DNA from: Callorhinchus milii
Taxonomy: Eukaryota
Assembly: GCF_018977255.1 (NCBI RefSeq)
Contig: NW_024704742.1
Coordinates: forward strand, 57,538,001-57,602,000
DNA length: 64,000 nt
Reading direction: 5' to 3'
The notes beneath the pieces were generated by a model. The model made no database searches and was not told the DNA's origin. It worked only from the letters and a program-made list of their open reading frames with translations. Shown here piece by piece: positions 1-12,200 of this stretch. Numbering within the stretch: position 1 is the first letter of the stretch; every line of letters starts with the position of its first letter. Position numbers and translations under genes: made by a program.

Positions 1-2330
1 AGCTTGGTGTCATCTGCAAACTTAGCCACTGTGCTTGTGACTCCTAGTTTCAGATCATTTATAAAAATATTAAACAAAAGAGATCCTAAAACAGACCTTT
101 CTGGAATTCCATTGGTATTATTTTCCCAGTCTGATGACATTCCCTTACTACGACCCTCTGGGTTCTTCCAGTCAACCAGTTGCGTATCCATTGTAATATA
201 CCTCTGCTGATTTCCGCATTCTTTACTTTCAGTACCAGCCTCTCAAGAGGAACTGTGTTAAAGGTTTTACTGAAATCCAGATATACAACATCCACAGTCT
301 TACCCTTAACAAGCTCCCTTGTCACACTATCAAAGAAAACCAGTAAATTAGATTGGCAAGACCTCCCCTGAAGCCATATTGGCTATCATTTATAATTTTA
401 TTTCTGTCCAGATACTCCATGATTTTATCCTTAATAAGAATCTCCGTAATTTTATCCACAATATTCGTCAAACTTACTGGCCTTTAGTTTCCTGTGTCAC
501 GTTTTGTTACCTTTCTTAAAAATAGGAGTAACATCTGCCTTTCTCCAGTCCCCCGGCACCTCTCCTGTATTCAGTGATTTTTGAAAGATTTGTGCCAGAG
601 TTTCTGCGACTTCCTCCCTTAGTTCCTTAAGGATCCTCGGATGTGATTTATCAGGCCCATGAGATTTATTTTTGTTAAGTTTGCACAGCTGTTTGGCAAC
701 CATGCTGGTAATGATATGAATAGTGTCACAACTTTCCTCTGCAACATTCTTGAGTTCTCTATCCAGATCAGATAGATTACCAGTCTTCTGCTTAGTAAAG
801 ACTAATGAAAAAACTTATTTAGCACTATTGCAGCCTGTGAACCATTATCTGTCATCTTCTCTCCCGAACCCATCTTCAGTGGCCCTATTCCATTGCTTGT
901 TTTTCTTTTACTCTTAATGTAACTAAAAAACATTTTGTTATTATTCTTCGCATCTCTTGTCATGTTCAGTTCAAAGCTTTTCTTTGCCATTCTGATGCCT
1001 TTTTTGCAGTTCTGGTATGCCTTCTGGTATTGAATCCGACTTCATTCTGTGCCATTTTCCTTCATGTTCTTAAATGCCTTTTTTTTTCCTCTTTATGATT
1101 TGCTATGTAGCCACAGTCAACCAGGCAGGAGAGCCTTTAAGCTTGGTACACATTGTTGTACCATTGCCTTCATAATGACCTCCTTGAAGGAACTCCATAG
1201 GTCTTTCACTTCCATTGCCATATTTAAGCCTGCCAGGACCACTCCGACTAGACTCATCAAGTGCACAAAGACCATCCTCTTGAAATTTAGCATTTTTGTT
1301 TTTGTTTTTATAACCTCACCAATTCTTGTGATGTCTAATTTGACTGAATTGTAATCGCTGTTGCCTAAAGCTTCTCTCACTTTTATGTTGGAGATTAGGT
1401 TATCCCTGTTACTGATTATCGAATCCAAGATGTTGTCTCCCCTTGTTGGCTCTTTTACAAACTGAGATATAAAACAGTCTTCCTTTAACTCTGGAAACCT
1501 CTTCACTATCTTACCAGTATTATTATTATCATACCAATCAATTTCAGGAAAGTTAAAATCTCCAATTACTATGGTTGGTTCCTTACTAGTCACCTTCCTT
1601 ACCTCACCCCACAGTTCCCTGCTGGATTGCCTTGGTGCATGGCACTACCTTGCCAGTTTCAGCCCTCTCCTACCCTACCACTAGCAAGGTCTCCTCTAAT
1701 ATGTCACTTATAAAGACCTCTCGCCCTAATACTTTAGTGCATGGCTAGTCACTCACTAAGGCTGACCACTTCAGCCTTGAATGAATCTACCAGCTTGCAG
1801 TTATTGCAGATGAATCCTTTCAAATCCTGGGCCTGGAAGGCAAACATCTCACAACCTCTGCAATGCACAAAGCACTCCATTGTTATATAAAATATACAAG
1901 AGGAAAAAAAATTCTCATCTGCACCTCCTTCCCCCACTGCACTGAATTCCCACTCTCACCAAATTCCTTAACAGAAGACTCACTCAGTTCCCTCCTCACT
2001 CTGCTGGGCTCTCTGCTCAAGTGAGGCTCCTGCGCATCTTTCCTTTATATAGGCATCTGACAAAACCAGTTTCAAGTGGTCAGCACATAATTAACTAATC
2101 CCTAACACTTGCCCTGTGACTAATTCCCAATTTGACTTACTTACCTGGTTGCTTGAAAAGTTCTCTCTTGCTCAAGAAAGAATTCCCACTCTTTCGCTAA
2201 AAGAAAGTTATCTCTTGCTCTCCAGTTCTCTCTTGCTCAAGAATTCCCACTGTCACCAAATTCCCTAACAGAAGTCTCACTCTGTTCCACCTCACTCAGT
2301 TCCCTCCTCACTCTGCTGGGATCTCTTCTC
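1..2330 (-). mobile_element. CR1-clade LINE, 5' portion (5'UTR repeats, ORF1 N-terminal remnant, ORF2 endonuclease and start of RT), decayed
   Basis: IGDFNFPEIDW, PTRGDNILD and LGNSD (APE); KSHGPD..HPRILKEL, VPGDWRKADVTPIFKKG and DVVYLDFSKTF (RT); CxxC..CxxC in ORF 1749..1937; frameshifts and stops. Confidence 0.9.
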
Positions 2331-2344
2331 AATATCACTCCATT

Positions 2345-2810
2345 GTTTTGAAAGAGGAGAACAAGATAAAACTACATCAGTTAGTCTCACTTGGGAAAAA
2401 TCTTAGAGTCAATCATAAGGGACAAAATTAAAAAGTATCTGGAGCAGAATAACTTGATCAAGGGCAGTTTGGATGAATTCATGAAGGCCAGATTATGTTT
2501 GACTTAATTAACTGAATTTTTTGAAGAGTTTATTGAAAGCACAGATCAGGGAAACAAGGTGGATATTGTACATATGGATATTCAGAAGCCCTTTGATAAG
2601 GTACCATATAAGAGATTAACATCAAAATAAGAGGCATGGTACTATAGATAAAGTAGTAGAGGAGACAGATGGCCGTCTGATTGCAAAGCATAGAAGTCAA
2701 TGGTGTTTCTCAGACTGGTAACTGGTGGTGTGCCCAGGGGTCTGTGCTGGGACTGTGCTGAGAACATGGAATGGTTTGTGTTCAGCTTTGCTGATTATAT
2801 GAAATTAAAA
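2345..2810 (+). mobile_element. Older CR1 LINE RT fragment
   Basis: Degenerate ...VDIVHMDIQKPFDKVP and GVPRGLCW(LGP)-like sequence. Confidence 0.75.
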
Positions 2811-3127
2811 TACAGTGAAAATTTACATTTATATAGTGCCTTTTACATTGGGAGAAATTATGAGAATTGAGAATTGTTGTGTGCAAATTGGATGCCACAT
2901 TCACCGACAAATATATAGCCCCTTACTTTAAATCTTGTGAAATACTTCAAAATATGTTGACAATGTGATAATGCACTGTATGATGCGTAGCAATTATTAT
3001 TGTATTGCTCAGTATCATCCCATTTCTTACATCTATACAACTATGTCTGCTGCAAAAAAGAATGATTTACTGCTAATTGTTTAACTATTTCTTAAAATTT
3101 ATAACTGTTATATCCTATGAAACATAC

Positions 3128-3283
3128 CTGGAACTGCAAGAGGTGATTTTTCTCATAGTCAAGTGCCTCAGATTTGGCTACTTGAAGTGCTATGTTTGCC
3201 TCATTATAAATGATATATTGATTCAAGATAAAAGCAGTCAAATTTCTTCCTTTAAGAAACACTTCAAATGTTCCGTTGTTACC
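3128..3283 (-). CDS. CDHR2-like: Cadherin EC4 exon [12 protein letters not shown]...[15 protein letters not shown]
   Basis: LDYE motif; TCTAG acceptor, GTATGT donor, 156 nt. Confidence 0.9.
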
Positions 3284-6200
3284 CTAGATTAAACAAAAAA
3301 AATCTTAAGGTCAGATATTGGGAGGAAAAAATATTATTCTTTTGACTAGATTTTTTAAAAAACGAAATTAACTGACTTGGTCTTTGTCCTGCACAAAGAT
3401 GTGAAGAATGGTCATCCCACTCGCGGTTTCCTCAGGCACAGTGACGTGATACGTCTCAGTGACTTTCCTGTGCTCAGAATAAAAGGTTGGCTTATTGTCA
3501 TTCACATCGAGTATTAATATTGTCACTGGTGTTGTCACTGAGGCAAAGGTGTCTTTAACACCCCCGAAAAATTCAAAAGCCTGAAATAAAAAANTTATGC
3601 TTTGTTAGAGAACATGCTTTGTTAGAAACCAGAAAAGCTGGGATTGTTCTCCTTAGAGCACAGAAGGTTAAGGAGAGATTTAATAGAGGTGTTCAAAATT
3701 ATGAGGGGTTTTGATAGAGTAAATAGGGAGAAACTGTTTCCACTGGCAGTGGGTCGGTAACTAGGGGACATAGATTTAAGATAATTGTCAAAAGAACAGG
3801 AGGGGAAAAGAGGAGAATTTTTTTTACACAGAGAGTTGTTACGGTCTGGAATGCACTGCCTGAAAGGGTGGTGGAAACAGATTCAATAATAAACAACAAC
3901 AAATAATATATAATAATCCTTATAATTGATGTAGCGCTTTATCACGTCTTCGAGACATCTCAAAGTGCTTCACAGAATATACTGTAAAGTGAATTGACTG
4001 TATATTGTGTGGACAAAACACGGCAATCAATTGCACACAGCATTGTCCCACAAACAGTCATGGATTGAAGTGACCAATTTATTTAATTATTTGTTTGGTT
4101 GTTTGCTTGTTTGTTTTTGAAGGAATTATTATCCCCGGAAAAGCAAACCAGAAGCAAATTGCATTATATTATATTTTTCACATTAGGAGGGCGCCCCAAG
4201 ACTGGACAGTTGTGGGACTCTATGTAAATATATGTATTGTACTATATTCAAATGAGGTGTAAAAATGGTAAAGCATAAACAGCACAAATTGGAAATTTTC
4301 TTTGATGACCCACTTTTACTGCTTTCTAAAGTCATCCAGATACAACAACTTGAATTTATATAGTGCCCTTTACCTGGGTAGCATCTTGTAGGGCTTAACA
4401 GTGGTGTGGCTTGACGCTGAGCTCGAAAGAGAGGGGAGATTATCGAAGGCACAGTCAAAGAGGAAAGTCTTCAGGTGTGATTTGAAGATGGACAAAGAAG
4501 GGGCAAGACGGAAGGATTGAGGCAAATTTGGGGTACAGTGGCTAAACGCACGACCACCGGAGGGGATGAGGGACATGCAGCAGACCCATGCCAGCTGAGC
4601 AAAGGAGGTGGGCAGAGGAGTGAGCTGATCGGAGAGGTAGGGAGGTGCCAGGCCATGAACAGATTTGAAAGTGACAGTGAAGATCTTGAAATCCATCCAT
4701 TCTGCAATAGGGAGCCAATGGGGTTGATAGGGGTGCAGAACCTGATACAGGTGATAACACGGTCAACAGAGTTTTGAATCAGGTACAATTAAGTAAAGCT
4801 CAGCCATTAATACCTCTCTTCTTAACCATACCTTCAATGACATTTAATAATCTTGCTGTGTTTCAAAATGATTTTGTCAATGAAAATAGCTCATTTTAAA
4901 ACATCCGTGCTCTTGCCTTGAACGATACGATTTATGACTTACAGTGATATTAAATGTAACATGTTCTCCTCTCATATCTTCCCTGTCCAACAAAGAGACA
5001 ACACTGATTGTACCAGTTATTTCATCCACATCAAATGCTGTTGTACCTGAATTAAAACCATAAAGAAATATCTCAATAATGATTTACAAAAATGCCTTTG
5101 GAGGTGACATGATGAAATACAAATCTCCAGGGAATCCAACCCGATGAACATAATACCGACCCACAAAAACTCAGCTCCAAACCAAGACAAACAAAATGAA
5201 AGTTCACAGAGGTATTGAAAAAACAAAGGGGAGAAGAAAAGCTGTGGTGGAAAGGCAACAACAGATTGGAAGTAGCCTGTCAGTCAGCAATGAACAAAAC
5301 AAGCATGGTAAAAGAGGTAAATCTTTGGGCAGGCTTTGAAAGTAGGGAGAGAGAGCATGGGTCATAGGGACTCTGGGATGAAGTTCACAAGAGTGAGTGC
5401 AAAATGGCAGAAAGCTCACATGCTAATGGTGGGGCGGATGGCATAAAATAAAATCCAATAAAACATGCAATAAAATCGGATGTATTATATGATAACCATC
5501 TCAAATTTATTTTCCTGAAAATACATCTTAATTCTGCAATACGCACCGCTAATGCTGTATCTGACTGGGTTGTTGATGCCTCTGTCTCCATCAATTGCCA
5601 TAACTGTAATGATACCTGTTTTCTAAACAAAGTACAGCTACATTTCAGACATGTAATTTTTACAAAACCACCATAATATACAGAAACGTGATCCACAATG
5701 CAATGTGTTAACCTGCTCCATCTGCTGAAACACTTACGGTAGGCAAATTCTCAGGAATACGGACGTGATAAAAAGGGCTAAGAAATTCCGGTGGTTTATT
5801 TGGAATATCAATCACGTTTATAATCAAACTTGCAGTGGCATTTTTTGTTTCCGGTATGCCTTGATCCTGTTAAAAGAATTGAATTCAGGCGTTCAGTTTT
5901 CTGTATGCTATGTTGATTTATGTCATGTTTTAATAGACCAGGATTTAAAAGGGGTCCTTGTTTTTCTACAGAATAAATCCAGATGCTCTGGGATCACTTT
6001 ACCCAACTTTGCTCTTGAATAAATAGTAATAATAATAATAATTCTTACATTTGTTACAGTGCTTTCCACGTCAGGAGGATTTTTACTGTAAAGTGGTGTG
6101 ACTGTTTTGTTGTGGGCAAATGCAGCAGCCATGAAGTGAATGATCAATTTTATTTGGGGCATTTTTGGCCAGGACACTGGAGAAACACCCTTTCCTTTTC

Positions 6201-9200
6201 GAATAGTGCCATGGAATCTTTAATGTCCACTAGAACAGGCATGGAAAGAACAGCATCTCCAACAATACAGCCCTGCATTGGAGTGTCAGCTTAGACTATA
6301 TAAGTTTCAAGTCATAACAAGATGCTTTAACCACAACAGAGTATCGTTTTTTAAAAAAATGTAAATTTAAAACGATCTTTTTACCTTTATTTTAGAACAC
6401 TTCAAATCTATCTTGGTATCTGAGTAGCTTTAGTATTGTGATATTGACGTGTGATGTGGAAATGTAGCCTGGTCACCCCATAGACACAGGCGTCTACATG
6501 GAACTGGCAGTCAAAGAGTCAAGAACATTCTCTGCCTCCAGCCATTCATAAAAACATTACACGCATAGAAAGTGTAACCAAATCTATTACAGAATATCTA
6601 TGCAAGGAAGACTTATTTATGACTATTGGTACTTACCACTGCCATAATAAGAACCTGGTAAATGCTGCATATGGAGAAGTCCAGTTGACCTTGTAGATAA
6701 ACACAGCCATTTTTGGATATTTCGAACAATCCAGTGTTATCTGAGGGTATAAGCTAAGCACACATACACAAGTTACATAACCTGAACATATGTTGTAGAC
6801 ACAATCTGAATCCAGTTTTATATTAGTTGTACAATAGGAAACAAAGAAAAGCAAAAGCAAAAAGTAAAATAAAAGGATTACCTCCAGAATTACGTAGGTT
6901 ACAGAACCATTATTGCCTTTATCGGAGTCCTTGGCTAATACTTTGAATATTTCTGTGCCGACATTTTCATCCTGTTCCAAAAATTAATAATTTTAAAGCA
7001 ATCTTGAAATGATTACAATCTATCTGGCAAAATATAATTTAAAAACAAAACAAATGTAAAACAATACATTTGAAACATGTTACACTGGGTACCTCTGGTA
7101 TATCTGCCTGATATGGTAATCCCTTAAATACTGGTGCATTGTCATTGACATCCTCAATGTATACATGCAGAATCTTTTTCACCTACAGAAGGAGAAGCAT
7201 AAGGTCCATAAGTACACATGGAAACAACATATAACATATTTCACCAAGGATGAACACCTCAGTGTAGTGCTGGGGTGTGCTGCATTATTGGAGATGATGT
7301 CCTTTGGATGAGGAGTTAATCTAATGTTCTGGTGAGCGTTACAAATCCCCTTGGCATATTCAGAAAGCGAAGGGTGTCCAACCCAAGAATTTCCCAAATA
7401 TAAAAATTGGCCGTTCACTTCATGCCTGTGTGCAAATTGGCTGTTGCGCTGTAAAGTGCTTCACAGAAATGAAAAGGAGCACCAAGCAGGGAAGCGAGGA
7501 GGAGAAGATACAGTTTTACTAAGAGACTAATTTGTAAAAAAAGCACAATTAAAATATTTTACACATACTGATATTAATTTTGGCTTCACATCCATAATTA
7601 TCTCAAAGACCTGTACCTATAATAAATCATTATAAATAATTCATATGTTCTCTTTTGTTTAGGAAATTTGAAAGCTTGTCTTCCCATTGTGTAAGAATGA
7701 CTTGCAGCAGTGTTGCTCCCACAAACAGTCGCGGATTGAGTGACCAAATTATTATTTTTTAAAAAAAGGGATTATCACCCTAGAAAGCAATCCGCCTATT
7801 GACTAACACCTGGGTTCCTACTTACTGCTGGGTAAACAGAGGTGTGTGGAGTAAGAAAACTTGCCCAACGTTTCACCCTGCCCAGGAATCAAACCCAGGT
7901 CATCTCACTTATGAGTTGAGTGCTCCAACCACTAAGCTACAGGACTCCACTCTTTTGGAGCCCTAACTGATTTAGATATGGCTTAGTTGTGTCCTACTGC
8001 CACAGGATCTCCTGGTTCAGTTTGGATGAACTCTTAAAAACTTGAACATAGGTTTCCGCAACCAACTAACTATAAAAAAGTCTGGTTCACTGTTCACATG
8101 ATGTGTTGGGTAATTTAAGCCATGAAAGTATTGAAATTTAGATTGCTCTTAAAAAAAAGAAAATTAACAAGAGTTGCAGTGAAATGTTGATGGGCATTAA
8201 AGATCACATGGCATTATTCGAAAAAAGAAGGGAGTTTCTCTTGGTGTTCTGCCAAACAATCCAGCAAAATAAAATTATGGAGAGCTTTGAGACAGCCTGC
8301 CGACTACATCAAATATAAGAATTATTATTACTTAAGAATGTATTACTGAATTATCAAATTGATTGAAAAAAGTTAATTTGACCGTTTTAAGTGGAAATAT
8401 AATACAATTTTATATTTATATAACTGCCTTTTATGTTGGAAGATTGTCTAAAGGCTCTTTTGAGTCCTAGCCTGGCACTCGTGTTGGGAGTGGAACCTGG
8501 GGAGGGTGGGAGATGGGGAGGGGGAAGATGATCAAAGATAGACATTATCTTGAGATAGACCTTAAAAGAGGTAAGGGAGGAAGCCAGAAAACTTGGACAT
8601 AACCAAATTCTTATGAAATGCATCTGTAATCAAACCTTCATAACCCCAAAGCCATCAGCAAACAATAAACAAATATCAGTGAGCAAACAATGCCAAAATT
8701 GTATGATTGTTTGTGAGCGTTGGATTTTAAGGACAGTTTCAAAGATTATGGGGCATGGAATTACTTATCCCACATACATTCCTTCTTCACGAGAGATCAG
8801 AAAGGGATTCAGATAAATGAAAAAGGCCCCTTTACATCTCATCCTGCCAGAATACAAACCCGACCATTATATTTCTTAAATGAGCAACAAATTCCACTTT
8901 AACAAGATTGACTGAATTGGCACTGAAATCTGACATCCATTTGAAATACCAGACAAGATACAAGATCCCCACTAATGCTAGTCTGTGATCAGTCAATAGG
9001 AAATGTCATTCCAGAAAGGGAGAAGTAGGTCTACTAACTTTACCTTCCCCTGAGATTGAATGCTTGGCTACGGCTGCAGTTCAAATAAGAGCTTGTGGCA
9101 GTAAAACTTGCTGACTGAAAGTAATGAAGCTTAAGCAAGACTGCTATTTGAATTTGGGTCTCTAAATGTGGGAGACCAATAATCTATCCCAATAGCCGCT

Positions 9201-12200
9201 TGAGCACTTTCATATTGCATTCTTTTGAACATTTCATGTTTATGTTCATTTTATGAAAATAATCACAGAAATTATTCAACTCAAAGAGCACTTAACAGAG
9301 AACATGAATGAACTTTGAGAGATGTGCATTGAATGGCAATTGTGAGCAGAACAAAACACAATTGACACAGATTTGTTTGGAAGAAGAACCTTTCAGACCA
9401 TCTAATCTCATCCTTCCAGAATACCTAATCTACTATCCTCCCATCTCAGAATCAAGCTATAATTTTTAAATGAGTCTTGTATCCTAGCATCAATCACCCT
9501 TCCTGGCAACCTGTTACAGTCTTTAATTACCTCTAGGTAAAGAAAAGGTCCCTGATATCTGTCCTTAAATTGCTAACGGTCCATCGGCAGATCTGGCTTC
9601 TCCACACCACACCAAGATCTACCACTTCACTTTTGCCACCGCCAAATCCTCCTTCTACTCCAAGGTTATCTTGGAGTCAAAGGACAAGCCCCAGCTTCTC
9701 TTTTCCACCACAAACCGTCTCTTCTGTCCACATTGCCACGCCCCGCCCATCCTCTCCTCAAACTCAACTGTGAGGAGATGATGGATTTCCTCAAAACCAA
9801 AATTGAGGGGATACGTTCAGCCACCTCAGCCCCATCCACACTCACACCCACACCCACATTACCTCTCCCTCATGATCCACCCCCCACCCATCCCCCCATA
9901 CACCTTTGACCCTATCTCTCCCTCTTCCCTCTCCGCGATTGTTCACAAACTCAAACCCACCATCAGCTCCATCGATCCCATCCCCACCCCGCTCCTCATC
10001 TCCCAGCTCCACCTTCTGGCCCCTCTCCTGTCCGACGTCATCAATCTCTCCTTGTCAACAGGTTCAGTTCCAACCGTCATCACCCCCATCTTGAATAAAC
10101 CTTCCCTGGACCAATCCCTCCTCTCCAGCTACCACCCCATCTCTAACCTCCCAATCCTCTCCAAGGTCCTGGAACAAGTCGTCGGGTCCCAGCTCCACTC
10201 CTTTCTCTCTCACCATTCCCACTTTGAACCCCTCCAATCCGGCTTCCGTGCTGTCCACAGCACGGAAATAGCCCTGGTCAAAGTCACTAATGACGTTCTG
10301 AACATCTGTGATCAGGTCTCCCTCTGCTTCCTTGTCCTCCTCGACCTCTCTGCCACCTTCGACACGATCGACCACTCCATCCTCATACACCTCCTCTCCT
10401 CTTTACTTAATCTTCGCAGACCTGCCCTTGCCTGGTTCCTATCTCTCTCACCGTCTCCACTTTGTTGCCTCTAACGGATTCTCCTCCAGCCCCCGCACTT
10501 TCACGTCTGGTGTCCCCCCAGGGCTCTGTCCTTGGCCCTCTCGTCTTTAATATCTACATGCTCCCCCTTGGTGACATCATCCGCAGACATGGGGTCAACT
10601 TTCTGCTTCCACCCTCAACCCCAGGACCACTGCTGTCCTGACAGACTGTCTGTCGGACATCAAGTCCTGGATGAGGGCAAATTTCCTACAGTTGAATGTG
10701 AACAAGACTGAGGCCCTCCTGATTGGCTCGTGCCAGTGCCTCAGCACCTCAGGCTCTGGCAGCATCAACCTCCATGGTTGTTCGCTTCAACTCACCAAGC
10801 CAGTCAGGAACAGAGGTGTCTTTTTCGACCCTCAACTGTCTTTTCTTCCACACGTCCAAACCATGACCCGCTCTGCCTTCCCTCACCTCCGTAACATCAC
10901 CCAACTCTGCCACCCCTCAGGCCACTGAAACTCTTGTTCATGCCTTCATCACCTCCAGGCTCGACTAAGCAAATACCCTGCTTGTTGGCCTTCCCAACTC
11001 CTCCCTCCACAGGCTGCAGATAATCCAGAACTCTGCAGTCCTTGTCCTCTCCCGCACCAAACTCTGTGACCCCATCTCCCCCATTCACACCCGACTCCAT
11101 TGGTTCCCTATCCTTCAGAGGATCCAGTTGAAGATCCAGGTCCTCACCTACAAAGTCCTCAATGGTCTCGCCCCACCCTATCTCTGTGACCTCCTAAACC
11201 CCCAACCAACCCGCCCATTCCCTCCGCTCAGCCGGCTCTGGCCTGCTCCATGTCCCCCAACCCACCCACCCCACCATTGGCGGGAGTACCTTCAGCCACT
11301 GTGCCCCCAACCTCTGGAACTCCATCCCCCAATCACTCTGCCTTGCCCCTTCCTTAGCCTCCTTCAGGTCCCACTTCAAGACCCTCCTCTTTGACCATGC
11401 CATTAGTCACCCCCATTCCCCTCCCCTCCCTTCTCCCCCCCGACCCCAGCTCGGGTCTGAAATGCTTTACACGTCCTCCCGACTTGTTATTGTTTTTGCA
11501 ACTCTAAACCTAAGGCCTCTTGTTTTACTGTCTCAGTGCATCCTGAAGTATTGTTCTGAATTTACCATTTCAATCCTTTTTAAATGTTGTACGCTTTTAA
11601 AGGTACTACTACACCGTCTTTTCTCCAGACTAAAAAACCTTAGCTTGCCTAATGGTTGTTCATAGCTCATTCCTCTAACAATGGTGATCAACAACAACAA
11701 TTTACACTTCTATAGCGCCCTTCTTGCAGGGTAGCATGTCAGAGTGCTCAACAGTGGTGAAGCCTGAGTCCGAGCCGGGGGAGGACGAAGGTGGCCGTAA
11801 GCACGGTCGAAGAGGAAAGTTTTCTGATGGGACTTGAAAGAGGGGAGAAGGGGGCAAGGTGGAGGGTTTGAGTTAGTGTGTTCCAGAGTTTTGGGGCATA
11901 GTGGCTGAAAGCACGACCTCCAATGGTAGAGCAGAGTGTGTAAGAGACAATCAGGAGTCTGGTGCCAGTCGAGCGGAGGCGCTGGGTAGTGGATTGGAGA
12001 GTGAGGAGATCGGAGATGTAGGGAGGTGCCAGGGAGTGAAGGGATTTGAAGACGAGTGTGAGGATCTTGAAGTCAATCCGTTCAGTGATGGGGAGCCAGT
12101 GAAGTCAGGCCAGAACTGGTAAGATGTGGGTACGTAGTTTGGTCAGTGTCAGTTTGTGGGCGGCAGAGTTCTGAATGAGCTGGATCTTTTGAATAGTGGA

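Noticed and set aside
6384..6470. Possible extra cadherin exon ([14 protein letters not shown])
   Set aside because: In-frame stop before the donor, and the neighbouring exons 6637-6753 and 5738-5866 already join to complete EC2
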